Shown: positions 19,868 through 30,536 of the stretch, piece after piece
How the letters are laid out: each line of letters begins with the position of its first letter
Numbering within the stretch: position 1 is the first letter of the stretch
Assembly: GCA_050248795.1 (NCBI GenBank)
Contig: JBFWRS010000017.1
Span: 1,146-65,145 of the forward strand
Length of the DNA stretch: 64,000 nucleotides
Direction of reading: 5' to 3'
Source of the DNA: Burkholderiales bacterium
Lineage (GTDB): Bacteria; Pseudomonadota; Gammaproteobacteria; Burkholderiales; SG8-39
The notes under the pieces: generated by a model
What the model was told of the DNA's origin: nothing
Database searches by the model: none
Seen by the model: the letters and a program-made list of their open reading frames with translations, nothing else
Made by a program: the position numbers and the translations under genes

Positions 19868-20769
19868 CTGCCTCCTGAAGGTTTCAAGCTGACCAGCAGC
19901 ACGCCGCAGATTACCAGCACGCCGCCGAATGCCTGCAGGATGGTAAGCGGCTCGTCCAGGCCGAGCGAGCTGGTGATGGCGACGCTTACCGGGCCCACCG
20001 CACCCAGCAGCGCGAAGTGGTTGGCGCCGATGCGCTTCAGCGCTTCGGCGACCAGGAACACCGGCACCACGGTGCCGGCCACTGCCATGATGCCGATGTA
20101 CCACCAGACTTCCGCCGGCAGGTCCAGCGCCGACAGCGGCTCCAGCAGCAGGAACTGCAGCAGCACCGGCGCGGTGGACACGCACATGGTGTAGGCGGTG
20201 AAGCGCATCGAGCCGATGCGCTTCACCATGCTGCTTCCCATCACCAGGTACACCGCGTAGCAAAGGCCCGAAGCGAGCACCAGCGCGGCGCCGAGCAGGA
20301 ACAGGCGCGACTCCTCTTGCGCGCCGTGGTTGGACAGCACCAGCGCGACGCCGGCGTAGCTGACCACCAGCGCGACGAGTTCGCGTTGCGTCGGCCGCTT
20401 GCCGAGGAACATCGCCGACAGCAGCAGCACCAGCGTCGGGTAGAGGAACTGGATCAGCCGGCCCACGCCCGCGCCTATCCACTGCAGGCCGATGAAATCG
20501 AGGTAGCTGGCGGCGTAGTAGCCGACCATGCCGAGGCCGAACACCGCGGCCCAGTCGCGCTTGGTCAGCCTCGGCTCGTCGCGGCGCAGCCACCATGCGA
20601 TCACGGCGAAGAACGGCAGCGACAGCATCATGCGCAGGAAGATCAGCGTCGTCGGGCTGACCGCCGCCGCCTCGTAGGACAGCTTGATCAGGATCGGCCG
20701 CATCGAGAAGCCGAGCACGCCGGCGAGGCCGAAGGCGATGCCCCAGGCGCGCAAGGAACCGCTGTTCAA
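19864..20769 (-). CDS. EamA/DMT-family transporter
   Basis: The protein is hydrophobic with about 10 TM segments and shows EamA-like duplicated halves. It overlaps the SDR start by 4 nt. Confidence 0.7.
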   Translation of the reverse strand: MNSGSLRAWGIAFGLAGVLGFSMRPILIKLSYEAAAVSPTTLIFLRMMLSLPFFAVIAWWLRRDEPRLTKRDWAAVFGLGMVGYYAASYLDFIGLQWIGAGVGRLIQFLYPTLVLLLSAMFLGKRPTQRELVALVVSYAGVALVLSNHGAQEESRLFLLGAALVLASGLCYAVYLVMGSSMVKRIGSMRFTAYTMCVSTAPVLLQFLLLEPLSALDLPAEVWWYIGIMAVAGTVVPVFLVAEALKRIGANHFALLGAVGPVSVAITSSLGLDEPLTILQAFGGVLVICGVLLVSLKPSGGR

Positions 20770-20787
20770 GGGGGGCCGGGCGCCAGG

Positions 20788-22302
20788 CTAGCGGCGCTTG
20801 CCGCCGAGGATCGAGCCGAGGATGCCGCGGAAGATCTCGCGGCCGACCTGCGAACCTATCGAGCGCGCCGCGCTCTGCGCCGCGGCGGCGAGCACGCCGG
20901 TGGATTGCCTGCCGCCGCGCGGCCCGGTGCGGCCGAAGAGGATGTCCGATACCGCGCCGCCTATGCCGCCGCCGCTGCCGCCCGCCGCTCCCGGTTGCGC
21001 ATCGGGCGCGCCGGCCGGCATCGTCGCCGCGGTGCGCGCCTTCAGCTTCTCGTATGCCGATTCGCGGTCCACGAGCTTCTCGTAGTGGCCGAAAATCGCC
21101 GAGGATTCGATCACGCGCCTGCGCTCGGTGTCGCTCAGCGGCCCGAGCTGGCTGCCCGGCGGCACTACCAGCGCACGCTCGGTGACGCTGGGGCGGCCCT
21201 TCGCGTCGAGGAAGGACACCAGCGCCTCGCCCACGCCCAGTTCGGTGATCGCATCGGCGATCTTCAGCTTCGGGTTCGGCCGCATGGTTTCGGCCGCCGC
21301 CTTCACCGCCTTCTGGTCCTTGGGCGTGAAGGCGCGCAGCGCATGCTGCACGCGGTTGCCGAGCTGGCCAAGCACCGATTCTGGAATGTCCATCGGGTTC
21401 TGCGTGACGAAGAACACGCCCACGCCCTTGGAGCGGATCAGCCGCACCACCTGCTCGATCTTCTCCAGCAGCGCCTTGGGCGCGTCGTCGAACAGCAGGT
21501 GCGCCTCGTCGAAGAAGAAGACGAGCTTTGGCTTGTCGGCGTCGCCCACCTCGGGCAACTGCTCGAACAGCTCGGCGAGCAGCCACAAGAGGAACGTGGC
21601 GTAGAGCTTCGGCGAGTTCATCAACTGGTCCGCGGCGAGGATGTTCACGACGCCGCGGCCCTTGTCGCCGGTCTGTATGAGGTCGGCGATGTTCAGCATC
21701 GGCTCGCCGAAGAACTGCTCGCCGCCCTGGGTTTCGAGCGCGAGGATGCCGCGCTGGATGGCACCGATCGAAGCGGCGGAGACGTTGCCGTAGCCGGTGG
21801 TGAACTGCGCCGCGTTCTCGCCCACGAACTGCAGCATCGCGCGCAGGTCCTTCAGGTCCAGCAGCAGCAGGCCCTGGTCGTCGGCGATCTTGAACACCAG
21901 GTTCAGCACGCCTTCCTGGGTGCCGTTCAGGCCGAGCAGGCGCGCGAGCAGCAGCGGCCCCATGTCGGAAACCGTCGCGCGCACCGGGTGCCCGCTCTTG
22001 CCGAACACGTCCCAGAACACCACCGGGCAGGCGTCGTAGGCGAGATCGAGCTTCAGTTGCGTCGCGCGCTCGGCGACTTTGGCATTCGAGCCGCCGGGCT
22101 TGGCGAGTCCGGACAGGTCGCCCTTCACGTCCGCCATGAACACCGGCACGCCGATGCCCGACAGCGCCTGCGCGAGCGCCTGCAGCGTGACCGTCTTGCC
22201 GGTGCCGGTGGCGCCGGTGATCAGGCCATGGCGATTCGCCAGCGCCGGCAGCAGGTGTGCTTCGAGCTTTTCTGTCTTGGCGACGAGCAGAGGGGCGACC
22301 AT
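20788..22302 (-). CDS. HerA-like/DUF853 (YjgR-type) P-loop ATPase
   Basis: [25 protein letters not shown] carries Walker A and [11 protein letters not shown] carries Walker B. The overall layout is YjgR-like, with a Gly-rich C-terminus. Confidence 0.75.
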   Translation of the reverse strand: MVAPLLVAKTEKLEAHLLPALANRHGLITGATGTGKTVTLQALAQALSGIGVPVFMADVKGDLSGLAKPGGSNAKVAERATQLKLDLAYDACPVVFWDVFGKSGHPVRATVSDMGPLLLARLLGLNGTQEGVLNLVFKIADDQGLLLLDLKDLRAMLQFVGENAAQFTTGYGNVSAASIGAIQRGILALETQGGEQFFGEPMLNIADLIQTGDKGRGVVNILAADQLMNSPKLYATFLLWLLAELFEQLPEVGDADKPKLVFFFDEAHLLFDDAPKALLEKIEQVVRLIRSKGVGVFFVTQNPMDIPESVLGQLGNRVQHALRAFTPKDQKAVKAAAETMRPNPKLKIADAITELGVGEALVSFLDAKGRPSVTERALVVPPGSQLGPLSDTERRRVIESSAIFGHYEKLVDRESAYEKLKARTAATMPAGAPDAQPGAAGGSGGGIGGAVSDILFGRTGPRGGRQSTGVLAAAAQSAARSIGSQVGREIFRGILGSILGGKRR

Positions 22303-22319
22303 GCAGCTAAAATTATCGC

Positions 22320-23048
22320 ATGGCAGGTCATTCCAAATGGGCGAACATCCAGCACCGCAAGAACCGGCAGGACGCCAAGCGGGGCAAGATCTTCACGCGC
22401 CTGATCAAGGAAATCACGGTAGCGGCGCGCCTGGGCGGCGGCGATCCCGGGTCGAATCCGCGCCTGCGCCTTGCGCTGGACAGGGCGCGCGAGGCGAACA
22501 TGTCCAAGGACTCGACGCAGAACGCGATTGCGCGCGGCACCGGCACGCTGGAGGGCGTGAACTACGAGGAGATCCGCTACGAGGGCTACGGCATCGGCGG
22601 CGCCGCGATCATCGTCGATTGCCTGACCGACAACCGCGTGCGCACGGTCGCCGAAGTGCGGCACGCATTCGCCAAGAACGGCGGCAATCTCGGGTCGGAC
22701 GGCTCGGTGGCGTTCATGTTCAGGCATTGCGGCCATTTCGTCTTCGCGCCGGGTGCGAGCGAGGAAAAGCTGATGGAGGCGGCGCTCGAGGCGGGCGCCG
22801 AGGACGTCATCGCCAACGATGACGGCTCGATCGAGGTGGTGTGCGCGCCGGGCGACTTCCACGCCGTGCAGGCGGGGCTGGAGAAGTCCGGCCTGAAAGC
22901 CGATGCGGCCGAGATCACCATGAAGCCCGCCAGCGAGATCGCGCTTGCCGGCGAGGACGCGGCGCGCATGCGCAGGCTGCTGGACGCGCTGGAAAACCTC
23001 GACGACGTGCAGGCGGTCTACACCAACGCGGCGCTGGACGAATCTTGA
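22320..23048 (+). CDS. yebC: YebC/PmpR-family transcriptional regulator
   Basis: [26 protein letters not shown] is a diagnostic N-terminus, and the gene lies upstream of ruvCAB. Confidence 0.9.
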   Translation: MAGHSKWANIQHRKNRQDAKRGKIFTRLIKEITVAARLGGGDPGSNPRLRLALDRAREANMSKDSTQNAIARGTGTLEGVNYEEIRYEGYGIGGAAIIVDCLTDNRVRTVAEVRHAFAKNGGNLGSDGSVAFMFRHCGHFVFAPGASEEKLMEAALEAGAEDVIANDDGSIEVVCAPGDFHAVQAGLEKSGLKADAAEITMKPASEIALAGEDAARMRRLLDALENLDDVQAVYTNAALDES

Positions 23049-23575
23049 GCGCGGCACTGCGGATACTCGGCATCGACCCAGGTCTGCAGGTCACCGGATT
23101 CGGCGTCATCGACAGGCGCGGCAGCGGCCTTGCCTACGTCGCCAGCGGCTGCGTCAGGACCGGCAGCAGGCGCGAATTGGCCGACCGCCTGAAAGCCATC
23201 TTCGAAGGGCTTGCGGAAGTCATCGCCGAGCATCGCCCGCGCGAGGCCGCGGTGGAAAAGGTATTCGTCAACGTCAACCCGCAATCGACGCTGGCGCTCG
23301 GCCACGCGCGCGGTGCCGGCATCCTCGCCGCGGTGGTGGCGGGGCTGCCGGTGTCCGAGTACACCGCGCTGCAGGTGAAGCAGTCGGTGGTTGGTGCCGG
23401 ACACGCGAAGAAGGAGCAGGTGCAGGCGATGGTGAAGCGGCTGCTTGCGCTGCCCGGCGAGCCGGGCGCCGACGCCGCCGATGCGCTCGCCTGCGCGATC
23501 TGCCATGCGCATGCCGGCCATATCGGCGCGCTGTCCACGCGCGGCTACCGCATCAAGGGCGGGAGGCTGGTGTGA
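23045..23575 (+). CDS. ruvC: crossover junction endodeoxyribonuclease RuvC
   Basis: [17 protein letters not shown] is present, and the C-terminal region carries [11 protein letters not shown]. The TTG start overlaps the yebC stop. Confidence 0.9.
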   Translation: MSAALRILGIDPGLQVTGFGVIDRRGSGLAYVASGCVRTGSRRELADRLKAIFEGLAEVIAEHRPREAAVEKVFVNVNPQSTLALGHARGAGILAAVVAGLPVSEYTALQVKQSVVGAGHAKKEQVQAMVKRLLALPGEPGADAADALACAICHAHAGHIGALSTRGYRIKGGRLV

Positions 23576-24150
23576 TCGGGAAGGTCACCGGCAAGCTCGT
23601 GGCGAAGAATCCGCCGCAGGTGATCGTCGACGTGGGCGGGATCGGTTACGAGATCGACGTGCCGATGAGCACTTTCTACAACCTGCCTGCCACCGGCGAA
23701 GCGGTGTCCCTTTTCACGCACCTGGCGGTGCGCGAGGACGCGCACACGCTGTACGGCTTCGGTTCGCAGGAGGAGCGCAGCGCGTTCCGGCAGTTGATCC
23801 GCATATCCGGCGTCGGCGCACGCACCGCGCTATCGGTGCTGTCGGGGCTGTCGGTGGCCGAGCTCGCGCAGTCGGTGACCATGCAGGACACGGCACGGCT
23901 GACCAAGGTACCCGGCATCGGCAAGAAGACCGCCGAGCGGCTGCTGCTGGAACTGAAGGGCCGGCTCGCGGATACGCTGCCGGGCGCGGGCGAGGCGCGC
24001 GCCGCCGGCAGCGCCGCGGACATCCTGAACGCGCTGCTGGCGCTGGGCTACAGCGACAGGGAGGCGCTCGCGGCGGTGAAGTCGCTGGCGCCGGGCATTG
24101 CGGTGGCCGAAGGCATACGCGCGGCGCTCAAGTCATTGGCAAAATCCTGA
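23572..24150 (+). CDS. ruvA: Holliday junction branch migration complex subunit RuvA
   Basis: [27 protein letters not shown] is present, as are the HhH motifs ([22 protein letters not shown]). The start overlaps ruvC with GTGA. Confidence 0.9.
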   Translation: MIGKVTGKLVAKNPPQVIVDVGGIGYEIDVPMSTFYNLPATGEAVSLFTHLAVREDAHTLYGFGSQEERSAFRQLIRISGVGARTALSVLSGLSVAELAQSVTMQDTARLTKVPGIGKKTAERLLLELKGRLADTLPGAGEARAAGSAADILNALLALGYSDREALAAVKSLAPGIAVAEGIRAALKSLAKS

Positions 24151-24151
24151 C

Positions 24152-25183
24152 ATGGCTGTAGAGAACGACAGGCTGATCTCCGCGAAACCGGCTTCCGCGC
24201 AGGAAGAGCGGATCGAGAACTCGCTGCGCCCGGCGATGCTGGCCGAGTATGTCGGCCAGGAGAAGGCGCGCGGCCAGCTCGAAATCTTCATCCAGGCCGC
24301 GCGCGGGCGCAGCGAGGCGCTGGACCACGTGCTGCTGTTCGGCCCGCCCGGGCTGGGCAAGACCACGCTCGCGCACATCGTCGCGCGGGAAATGGGCGTC
24401 AACCTGCGCCAGACCTCCGGCCCGGTGCTCGAGCGCCCCGGCGACCTCGCCGCCATCCTCACCAACCTCGAGCCGCGCGACGTCCTCTTCATCGACGAGA
24501 TCCACCGCCTGTCGCCGGTAGTCGAGGAAATCCTCTACCCGGCGCTCGAGGACTACCAGATCGACATCATGATAGGCGAGGGGCCGGCGGCGCGATCGAT
24601 CAAGCTCGACCTGCCGCCGTTCACGCTGGTGGGCGCCACCACGCGCGCGGGCATGCTGACCAACCCCTTGCGCGACCGCTTCGGCATCGTCGCGCGGCTG
24701 GAGTTCTACAGCGAGCTCGAACTCGCCACCATCGTGCGGCGCTCGGCCGGGCTGCTCGAGGTCACGCTGGCGGACGAAGGCGCGGCCGAGATCGCGCGCC
24801 GCTCGCGCGGCACGCCGCGCATCGCGAACCGCCTCCTGCGCCGCGTGCGCGACTATGCGCAGGTGAAGGCGGACGGCACGGTGACGCGGCCGGTGGCCGA
24901 AGCCGCGCTGCAGATGCTCGATGTCGATGCGCTCGGCTTCGACGTCATGGACCGCAAGCTGCTGCTCGCGGTGATCGACAAGTTCTCCGGCGGGCCGGTG
25001 GGCCTGGAGAACCTCGCGCACGCGATCGGCGAGGACATCGATACCATCGAGGACGTGCTCGAGCCCTACCTGATCCAGCAGGGCTACCTGCAGCGCACGC
25101 CGCGCGGCCGCGTCGCCACGCTGGCGGCTTACCGGCACTTCGGGCTGGTCGCGCCCGCGGGCATGCGGGACCTGCTCTCGTGA
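24152..25183 (+). CDS. ruvB: Holliday junction DNA helicase RuvB
   Basis: Walker A is [11 protein letters not shown], followed by [11 protein letters not shown] and [16 protein letters not shown]. Confidence 0.95.
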   Translation: MAVENDRLISAKPASAQEERIENSLRPAMLAEYVGQEKARGQLEIFIQAARGRSEALDHVLLFGPPGLGKTTLAHIVAREMGVNLRQTSGPVLERPGDLAAILTNLEPRDVLFIDEIHRLSPVVEEILYPALEDYQIDIMIGEGPAARSIKLDLPPFTLVGATTRAGMLTNPLRDRFGIVARLEFYSELELATIVRRSAGLLEVTLADEGAAEIARRSRGTPRIANRLLRRVRDYAQVKADGTVTRPVAEAALQMLDVDALGFDVMDRKLLLAVIDKFSGGPVGLENLAHAIGEDIDTIEDVLEPYLIQQGYLQRTPRGRVATLAAYRHFGLVAPAGMRDLLS

Positions 25184-26313
25184 ACGACGACGAGGGAGCC
25201 GAGCGGCTCCCGGCGTTCTGGCACGCGGTGTACGCGATGACGCCGCGCACGCCGGTGACGCATGCCATCATCGCCTTGAACGTCGCCGTTTTCGTCGCGC
25301 TGCTGTTCGCCGGCTCGGGCTTCCTCAGGGGTTCACCCGACGTGCTGCTGGCGTGGGGCGCGAACGCCGGCCCGGCGACGCTCGATGGCGAGCCGTGGCG
25401 GCTCCTTGCCAGCATGTTCCTGCACTACGGCGTCGTGCACCTCGCCTTCAACATGTGGGCTTTCCGCGATGCAGGCCGCCTGGTGGAACGCCTGTACGGC
25501 AACGGCGCGTTCCTCGGCATCTATCTTTTCGCCGGCATCTGCGGCGGACTCGCCAGCGTGTGGTGGAACGCGCCGCGCGTGGTGAGCGCGGGTGCTTCCG
25601 GCGCGATCTTCGGCGTCTACGGCGCGCTGCTTGCGTACTCGATGGCGCAGAAAGGCTCGGTGCCCAAGGCGGTGATCGGCAGCATCAGCGCGAGCGCGGC
25701 GGTGTTCGTCGCGTTCTCGCTTTTCGTCGGTGCGCTGCTCACCGGCATCGACAACGCGGCGCACCTGGGCGGGCTCGTGGGCGGCTTAATGGCGGGACTC
25801 GTGCTGGCGCATCCGATCGCCGTGCCGATCGGCGCCGCACGCCTGGCGCTGAGCGCCGCCGTCGCGCTGGCAGCGCTCGCCGCACTGTGGACGGCGCTGC
25901 CGCCGCCTGCCTACACGTACCGGGACCAGCTTGCCGCCGAGCGCGCGGTGCGTGCCTTCGTCGCCGAGGAAGCGGCCACGGTGCGGCTGGCACGCGACAT
26001 CCTCGATCCCCTGAAGCGCGGCGAGCTGGCGCCCGCCGCCGCCGCTGACCGCCTCGAAGCGGAAGTGGTGCCACGATGGGAGGCGGCGCACCGGCAGCTC
26101 ACCGCGGTGAGGCTCGACGATACCGCGCCGGCGGCCAGGCGGCTGCAGATCATGGTGCGCTATACCGCGCTGCGGCGCGAGATGCTCTCCGAACTGGCGC
26201 AGGGTCTGCGCAACGACGACAGGCTGCGCCTGGAGCATGCCAACGCGCTCGCCGCGGAAAGCCACCGCCTGCTCGACGAACTGCAGCGCAGCCGGCAGGA
26301 GCCGACGCGATGA
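25180..26313 (+). CDS. rhomboid-family intramembrane serine protease with a roughly 170-aa C-terminal helical extension
   Basis: The motifs [12 protein letters not shown], the catalytic GASGAIFG and [10 protein letters not shown] are present, within a multi-TM protein. It has a GTGA overlap with ruvB and an ATGA overlap with ybgC. Confidence 0.8.
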   Translation: MNDDEGAERLPAFWHAVYAMTPRTPVTHAIIALNVAVFVALLFAGSGFLRGSPDVLLAWGANAGPATLDGEPWRLLASMFLHYGVVHLAFNMWAFRDAGRLVERLYGNGAFLGIYLFAGICGGLASVWWNAPRVVSAGASGAIFGVYGALLAYSMAQKGSVPKAVIGSISASAAVFVAFSLFVGALLTGIDNAAHLGGLVGGLMAGLVLAHPIAVPIGAARLALSAAVALAALAALWTALPPPAYTYRDQLAAERAVRAFVAEEAATVRLARDILDPLKRGELAPAAAADRLEAEVVPRWEAAHRQLTAVRLDDTAPAARRLQIMVRYTALRREMLSELAQGLRNDDRLRLEHANALAAESHRLLDELQRSRQEPTR

Positions 26314-26720
26314 AAACCCTTTCCGTGCCGGTGCGCGTTTACTACCAGGACACGGACGCGGGCGGCGTGGTGTTCCACGCCCAGTACCTGGCGTTCATGG
26401 AGCGCGCGCGCACCGAACTGTTGAACGAGGCGGGGATAGACCTGGCGCGGATGGCGGATGAGACCGGCGCGATATTTTTCGTGCACGAGGTGCGGATGAA
26501 ATTCCTGCGCCCCGCGCTGCTGAACGAGCGCCTTTCGGTGAGCGCCGAAGTGGTTAGAATGGGCCGCGCAAGCATCGTATTCCGCCAGCGGGTTGAACGC
26601 GACGGCGAATTGCTGGTCGAAGCCGAGGTCGGCGTCGCCACGGTGCACCGGCAGACCCGCAGGCCGGTGCGCATGCCGCAGGCGGTGACGGATGCATTCG
26701 TAACGACGGGAGCAGCATGA
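26310..26720 (+). CDS. ybgC: tol-pal associated acyl-CoA thioesterase YbgC
   Basis: VRVYYQDTDAGGVVFHAQYLAFMERAR is a 4HBT hotdog motif, and the gene sits directly upstream of tolQ. Confidence 0.9.
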   Translation: MKTLSVPVRVYYQDTDAGGVVFHAQYLAFMERARTELLNEAGIDLARMADETGAIFFVHEVRMKFLRPALLNERLSVSAEVVRMGRASIVFRQRVERDGELLVEAEVGVATVHRQTRRPVRMPQAVTDAFVTTGAA

Positions 26721-27397
26721 CAGTCACGCAGGACATGGATCTGTGGACGCTGATCGTCAACGCGTCCTTCGTGGTGAAGGCGGTGATGGCGCTGCTCGGC
26801 GCGGTGTCCTTCATGTCCTGGATGTTCATCTTCCGCAAGTGGTTCGCGATCCGCACCGCGCGCGACCAGACCGAGCGCTTCGAGCGCGAGTTCTGGAGCG
26901 GCAACGACCTGTCGCTGCTCTACCAGGGCGCGGTGAACAACCGGCACTCCATCGGCAGCCTCGAGCGCATTTTCGAAGCGGGATTTCGCGAGTTCACCAA
27001 GCTGCGCGGCCAGCGCGGCAACGACGCCAACATCATGGTCGACGGCGCGCGGCGTGCCATGCGCGCCACCTACCAGCGCGAGATGGACCACCTCGAACGG
27101 CACCTGGCGTTCCTCGCCTCCACCGGGTCGGTGAGCCCGTACGTCGGCCTGTTCGGCACCGTGTGGGGCATCATGCATGCGTTCAGGGGCCTGGCGAACG
27201 TGCAGCAGGCGACGCTCGCGCAGGTCGCGCCGGGCATCGCCGAGGCGCTGATCGCCACCGCGCTGGGCCTTTTCGCCGCGATCCCCGCGGTGGTCGCCTA
27301 CAACCGCTTCTCGCACGACATCGACCGGCTCGCCATCCGCTTCGAGAGCTTCATGGAAGAGTTCTCCAACGTGCTGCAGCGCCAGGCCAGGGTATGA
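26717..27397 (+). CDS. tolQ: Tol-Pal system protein TolQ
   Basis: This is MotA/TolQ/ExbB family (GSVSPYVGLFGTVWGIM, IAEALIATALGL) at 226 aa. Confidence 0.9.
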   Translation: MTVTQDMDLWTLIVNASFVVKAVMALLGAVSFMSWMFIFRKWFAIRTARDQTERFEREFWSGNDLSLLYQGAVNNRHSIGSLERIFEAGFREFTKLRGQRGNDANIMVDGARRAMRATYQREMDHLERHLAFLASTGSVSPYVGLFGTVWGIMHAFRGLANVQQATLAQVAPGIAEALIATALGLFAAIPAVVAYNRFSHDIDRLAIRFESFMEEFSNVLQRQARV

Positions 27398-27403
27398 GGA
27401 ACA

Positions 27404-27453
27404 GGGGGAGCGGGCCCCTTCCGGTTGCGGCGGCGGAGCCTTCCCGCTCCCCC
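27404..27453. repeat. 11-bp perfect GC-rich inverted repeat in the tolQ-tolR spacer
   Basis: GGGGGAGCGGG (27404-27414) pairs with CCCGCTCCCCC (27443-27453) around a 28-nt loop, inside an atypically long 92-nt tolQ-tolR gap. Confidence 0.6.
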
Positions 27454-27489
27454 CGTACCCCCCTGGGCAACCGGAGCATGCGTTAAACG

Positions 27490-27903
27490 ATGCCGCGCCT
27501 GCACAGCAAACGCAGGCCGATGCACGACATCAACGTCGTGCCCTACGTCGACGTGATGCTGGTGCTGCTGGTGATCTTCATGGTCACCGCGCCGCTGGTC
27601 ACGCCCGGCGTCATCGACCTGCCTTCGGTGGGCAGCGCCGGGGCGCCGAAGATCGTGCCGCTGGAGGTCATCCTCACCGAGGACCAGAAGGTCTCGGTGC
27701 GCGAGCGCGACGCCGCCGGGCGCATCGTCAGCGAGCGCGCGGTGGCGCGCGGCGAGCTCGGCAAGCTGGTGAAGGACCCGAAGACGCCGGTGATGATCGC
27801 CGGCGACAAGAACGTGAAGTACGAGGCGGTGCTGCAGTTGATGGACGAGCTGCGCGCCAGCGGCGTCGAGCGCATCGGCCTGCAGGTGAAGCCGCGGCAA
27901 TGA
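27490..27903 (+). CDS. tolR: Tol-Pal system protein TolR (ExbD family)
   Basis: [23 protein letters not shown] is present at 137 aa. An alternative start is the ATG at 27520. Confidence 0.9.
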   Translation: MPRLHSKRRPMHDINVVPYVDVMLVLLVIFMVTAPLVTPGVIDLPSVGSAGAPKIVPLEVILTEDQKVSVRERDAAGRIVSERAVARGELGKLVKDPKTPVMIAGDKNVKYEAVLQLMDELRASGVERIGLQVKPRQ

Positions 27904-28679
27904 ACGCCACCGCCGACCCGGACCTGTTCGAGGAGCGCTACGAGCCGGGGCTCGCGCAGTCGGTGGCGCTGGCGTTCGCGGTGCACGTTGCGATTGCCTT
28001 CGTGCTGTTCTTCGGCGTGCGCTGGCAGAACCGGCCGTCGGACACGATTTCGGTGGAACTGTGGACGCCGCCGCCTGCGCCTGTGGTCGAGCGGCCCGAG
28101 CCGCCCAAGCCGCCGCCCAAGGTCGAGCCGGCGCCGCCGCCCAAGCCCGAGCCGGTGATCGAGAAGCCGGACATCGCGCTGAAGGCGCCGCCCAAGCCGA
28201 AGCCCAAGCCCGAGCCGGTGAAGAAGGTCGAACCCAAGCCCGAGCCGCCCAAGCCAAAGCCGGTAGTGAAACCGCGCGTCGACCCGATGCAGGCACGCAT
28301 GCGCGAGGAACTGGCGCGCGAGCAGCGCGCGCTCGCGCTGGAGGCCGAGCGGGCGCAGTTCCAGGACCAGTTGCGCCGCGAGGCGGCGGCGCGCGATGCC
28401 CGCGCGCTCGCCGGCTGGACCGACAAGGTGCGCGCCAAGGTGCGCGGCAACATGGTGATGCCCCCCGACGTGAAGGGCAATCCCGAGGCGATCTTCGACG
28501 TGGTGCAGCTTCCCACCGGCGAGGTGCTGAGCGCGAAGCTGAGGAAATCCAGTGGCCACCGCGCGCTGGACGACGCCATCGAGCGCGCGATCCTGAAATC
28601 CTCGCCGTTGCCCAGGCCCGACAGGCCGGAGCTTTTCACGCGTGCGTTCCAGCTGAAGTACAGGCCACGCGATGATTGA
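27900..28679 (+). CDS. tolA: cell envelope integrity protein TolA
   Basis: An N-terminal TM segment is followed by a Pro/Lys/Glu-rich linker ([18 protein letters not shown]...) and a charged helical region. The TolA C-terminal domain reads [22 protein letters not shown]. It has an ATGA overlap with tolR. Confidence 0.85.
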   Translation: MNATADPDLFEERYEPGLAQSVALAFAVHVAIAFVLFFGVRWQNRPSDTISVELWTPPPAPVVERPEPPKPPPKVEPAPPPKPEPVIEKPDIALKAPPKPKPKPEPVKKVEPKPEPPKPKPVVKPRVDPMQARMREELAREQRALALEAERAQFQDQLRREAAARDARALAGWTDKVRAKVRGNMVMPPDVKGNPEAIFDVVQLPTGEVLSAKLRKSSGHRALDDAIERAILKSSPLPRPDRPELFTRAFQLKYRPRDD

Positions 28680-28692
28680 ATATAATCGGCCC

Positions 28693-29961
28693 ATGAGACG
28701 CTTCATCGCGGCGTTGTTGCTGTGGCTTGCCGCGTTCAGTGCCAGCGCGCAGCTTTCCATCGAAGTCACCGGCGCGGGCGGCAGCAGGATCCCCGTCGCC
28801 ATCGTGCCGTTCGCCGGCGAAGGCGGGGTGTCGCCGAGCATCTCCGCGATCGTGCGCGCCGACCTCGAGCGCAGCGGCCTCTTCCGCGCCATCGAGGCGC
28901 CGCCGATCGTTCCCGCGCCCACCGACGCCACCGCGGTGAACTACCCCGAGTGGCGCGCGCGGCTCGCCGACGCGCTGGTGCTCGGTTCGGTCGCGGCGCG
29001 GCCCGACGGCCGCTTCGAAGTGCGCTTCAAGCTGCACGACGTCGCCAAGGCGACCGACCTCTCGGGCGTTGCCTACACGCTGACAAAGGACCAGGTGCGC
29101 GCCACCGCGCACCGCATCGCCGATTACGTCTACGAGAAGCTCACCGGCGAAAAGGGCGTGTTCTCCACGCGCATCGCCTACGTGGTCAAGCGCGGCAACC
29201 GCTACGAGCTGCAGATCGCGGACGCCGACGGCGCCGGCGAGGAGACCGCGCTTGCGTCCTTCGAGCCGATCATCTCGCCGGCGTGGTCGCCTGACGGCCG
29301 GCGCATCGCCTACGTCTCCTTCGAGAACAAGAAGCCGGTGGTGTACGTGCATTCGCTGCTCGACGGCAAGCGCACGGTGGCGGCGAATTTCAAGGGCTCG
29401 AACTCCGCGCCGGCGTGGTCGCCCGACGGCAACCGGCTGGCGGTGGCGCTGTCGCGCGACGGCGGCTCGCAGATCTTCATGGTCAACGCCGACGGCAGCG
29501 GCGTGCGGCGGCTGACGAGTTCCAGCGGCATCGACACCGAGCCGCGCTTCTCGCCCGACGGCCAGCACATCTACTTCACCTCCGATCGCGGCGGCAGCCC
29601 GCAGATCTACCGCATGGGCGCGGGCGGCGGCGACGCGCAGCGCGTCACCTTCGACGGCACCTACAACGTGTCGCCCAGGCTGTCGCCCGACGGCAAGCGG
29701 CTTGCCTACGTGACGCGCAATGCCGGCAAGTTCCAGGTCGCGGTGCACGACTTCGCCACCCGCCAGACGCAGGTGCTGACCGACAGCGACCGCGACGAAT
29801 CCCCCAGCTTTGCGCCCAATGGGCGCATGATCCTCTTCGCCACCGTGATCGGCGGCCGCGGCGTGTTGTCCGCGGTGTCCGCGGACGGTAGCGTCAAGCA
29901 GCGCCTGACGACTTCGGCGGGCGATGTCAGGGAACCAGCCTGGGGCCCGTTCATCCAATGA
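28693..29961 (+). CDS. tolB: Tol-Pal system beta-propeller protein TolB
   Basis: Signal peptide MRRFIAALLLWLAAFSASA is followed by repeated P.WSPDG/SPDG propeller motifs. Confidence 0.95.
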   Translation: MRRFIAALLLWLAAFSASAQLSIEVTGAGGSRIPVAIVPFAGEGGVSPSISAIVRADLERSGLFRAIEAPPIVPAPTDATAVNYPEWRARLADALVLGSVAARPDGRFEVRFKLHDVAKATDLSGVAYTLTKDQVRATAHRIADYVYEKLTGEKGVFSTRIAYVVKRGNRYELQIADADGAGEETALASFEPIISPAWSPDGRRIAYVSFENKKPVVYVHSLLDGKRTVAANFKGSNSAPAWSPDGNRLAVALSRDGGSQIFMVNADGSGVRRLTSSSGIDTEPRFSPDGQHIYFTSDRGGSPQIYRMGAGGGDAQRVTFDGTYNVSPRLSPDGKRLAYVTRNAGKFQVAVHDFATRQTQVLTDSDRDESPSFAPNGRMILFATVIGGRGVLSAVSADGSVKQRLTTSAGDVREPAWGPFIQ

Positions 29962-29978
29962 TCCGAGAGGAATAGACC

Positions 29979-30536
29979 ATGCGCGCCATATTCGCAGCCA
30001 TCGCCGTAGCCGCCCTGCTCGCGGGCTGTTCGAGCACGCCGACCGACGAGCAGGACCCCGCCGGGGTCGAAGAGCGCAAGCCCGCGGCAGGCACCGGTGC
30101 CGCGTCGCAGCCGGTATCGAAGCCCGGCGTGTCCGGCGTCGACCTCACGGCGTCGAGGAAGTCCGCCGCCAGCGCGCTCACCGACCCGGGTTCGATCCTG
30201 TCCAAGCGCTCGATCTTCTACGACCTCGACAAGTACGACGTGCGCGACGAGTTCAAGCCGCTGGTCGAGGCGCACGCCAGGTACCTTCGCGACAATCCCA
30301 ACGCCAAGGTGCTGATCCAGGGCAACACCGACGAGCGCGGCAGCCGCGAATACAACCTCGCGCTCGGCCAGCGCCGTTCCGAAGGCGTCAAGCGCATGAT
30401 GCTGCTGCTCGGCGTGCGCGAGGCGCAGGTCGAAGCCGTCAGCCTCGGCGAAGAGAAACCGCGCGCTCAGGGCTCGAACGAAAGCGCATGGTCGCAGAAC
30501 CGCAGGAGCGACATCCTGCATTCGGGCGAGTTCTGA
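29979..30536 (+). CDS. pal: peptidoglycan-associated lipoprotein Pal
   Basis: The lipobox is LLAGCSS and the OmpA-like domain reads GNTDERGSREYNLALGQRRSE. Confidence 0.95.
   Translation: MRAIFAAIAVAALLAGCSSTPTDEQDPAGVEERKPAAGTGAASQPVSKPGVSGVDLTASRKSAASALTDPGSILSKRSIFYDLDKYDVRDEFKPLVEAHARYLRDNPNAKVLIQGNTDERGSREYNLALGQRRSEGVKRMMLLLGVREAQVEAVSLGEEKPRAQGSNESAWSQNRRSDILHSGEF

Noticed and set aside
19085-21586. An 833-aa minus-strand ORF that would fuse the SDR with upstream sequence.
   Set aside because: Only the last 260 aa are protein-like and preceded by an AGGAGG RBS. The remainder runs out of frame across the EamA and DUF853 genes with Arg/Ala/Pro junk.
20788-22302. The HerA-like ATPase as part of an anti-phage defence system (HerA paired with a Sir2 or DUF4297-type effector).
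   Set aside because: The sequence matches the conserved stand-alone YjgR/DUF853 layout. No effector gene is adjacent. The neighbours are a transporter and yebC-ruvCAB.
22303-22319. A 17-bp divergent gap between the DUF853 ATPase and yebC as a shared regulatory site.
   Set aside because: The gap is too short to hold recognisable promoter or operator elements, so both promoters must lie within the coding sequence. Nothing can be interpreted from sequence alone.
20017-22404. A 795-aa plus-strand ORF antisense to the EamA transporter and DUF853 ATPase genes.
   Set aside because: It is a shadow ORF with low-complexity Arg/Ala/Glu/His composition, and the opposite strand has clear Walker motifs and TM proteins.
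28080-28270. Repetitive ccgcccaagcc / cccgagccg DNA that could be mistaken for a tandem-repeat or CRISPR-like array.
   Set aside because: It lies in frame inside tolA and encodes the usual Pro/Lys/Glu-rich (PKPEP) periplasm-spanning linker. There is no repeat-spacer architecture and there are no cas genes.
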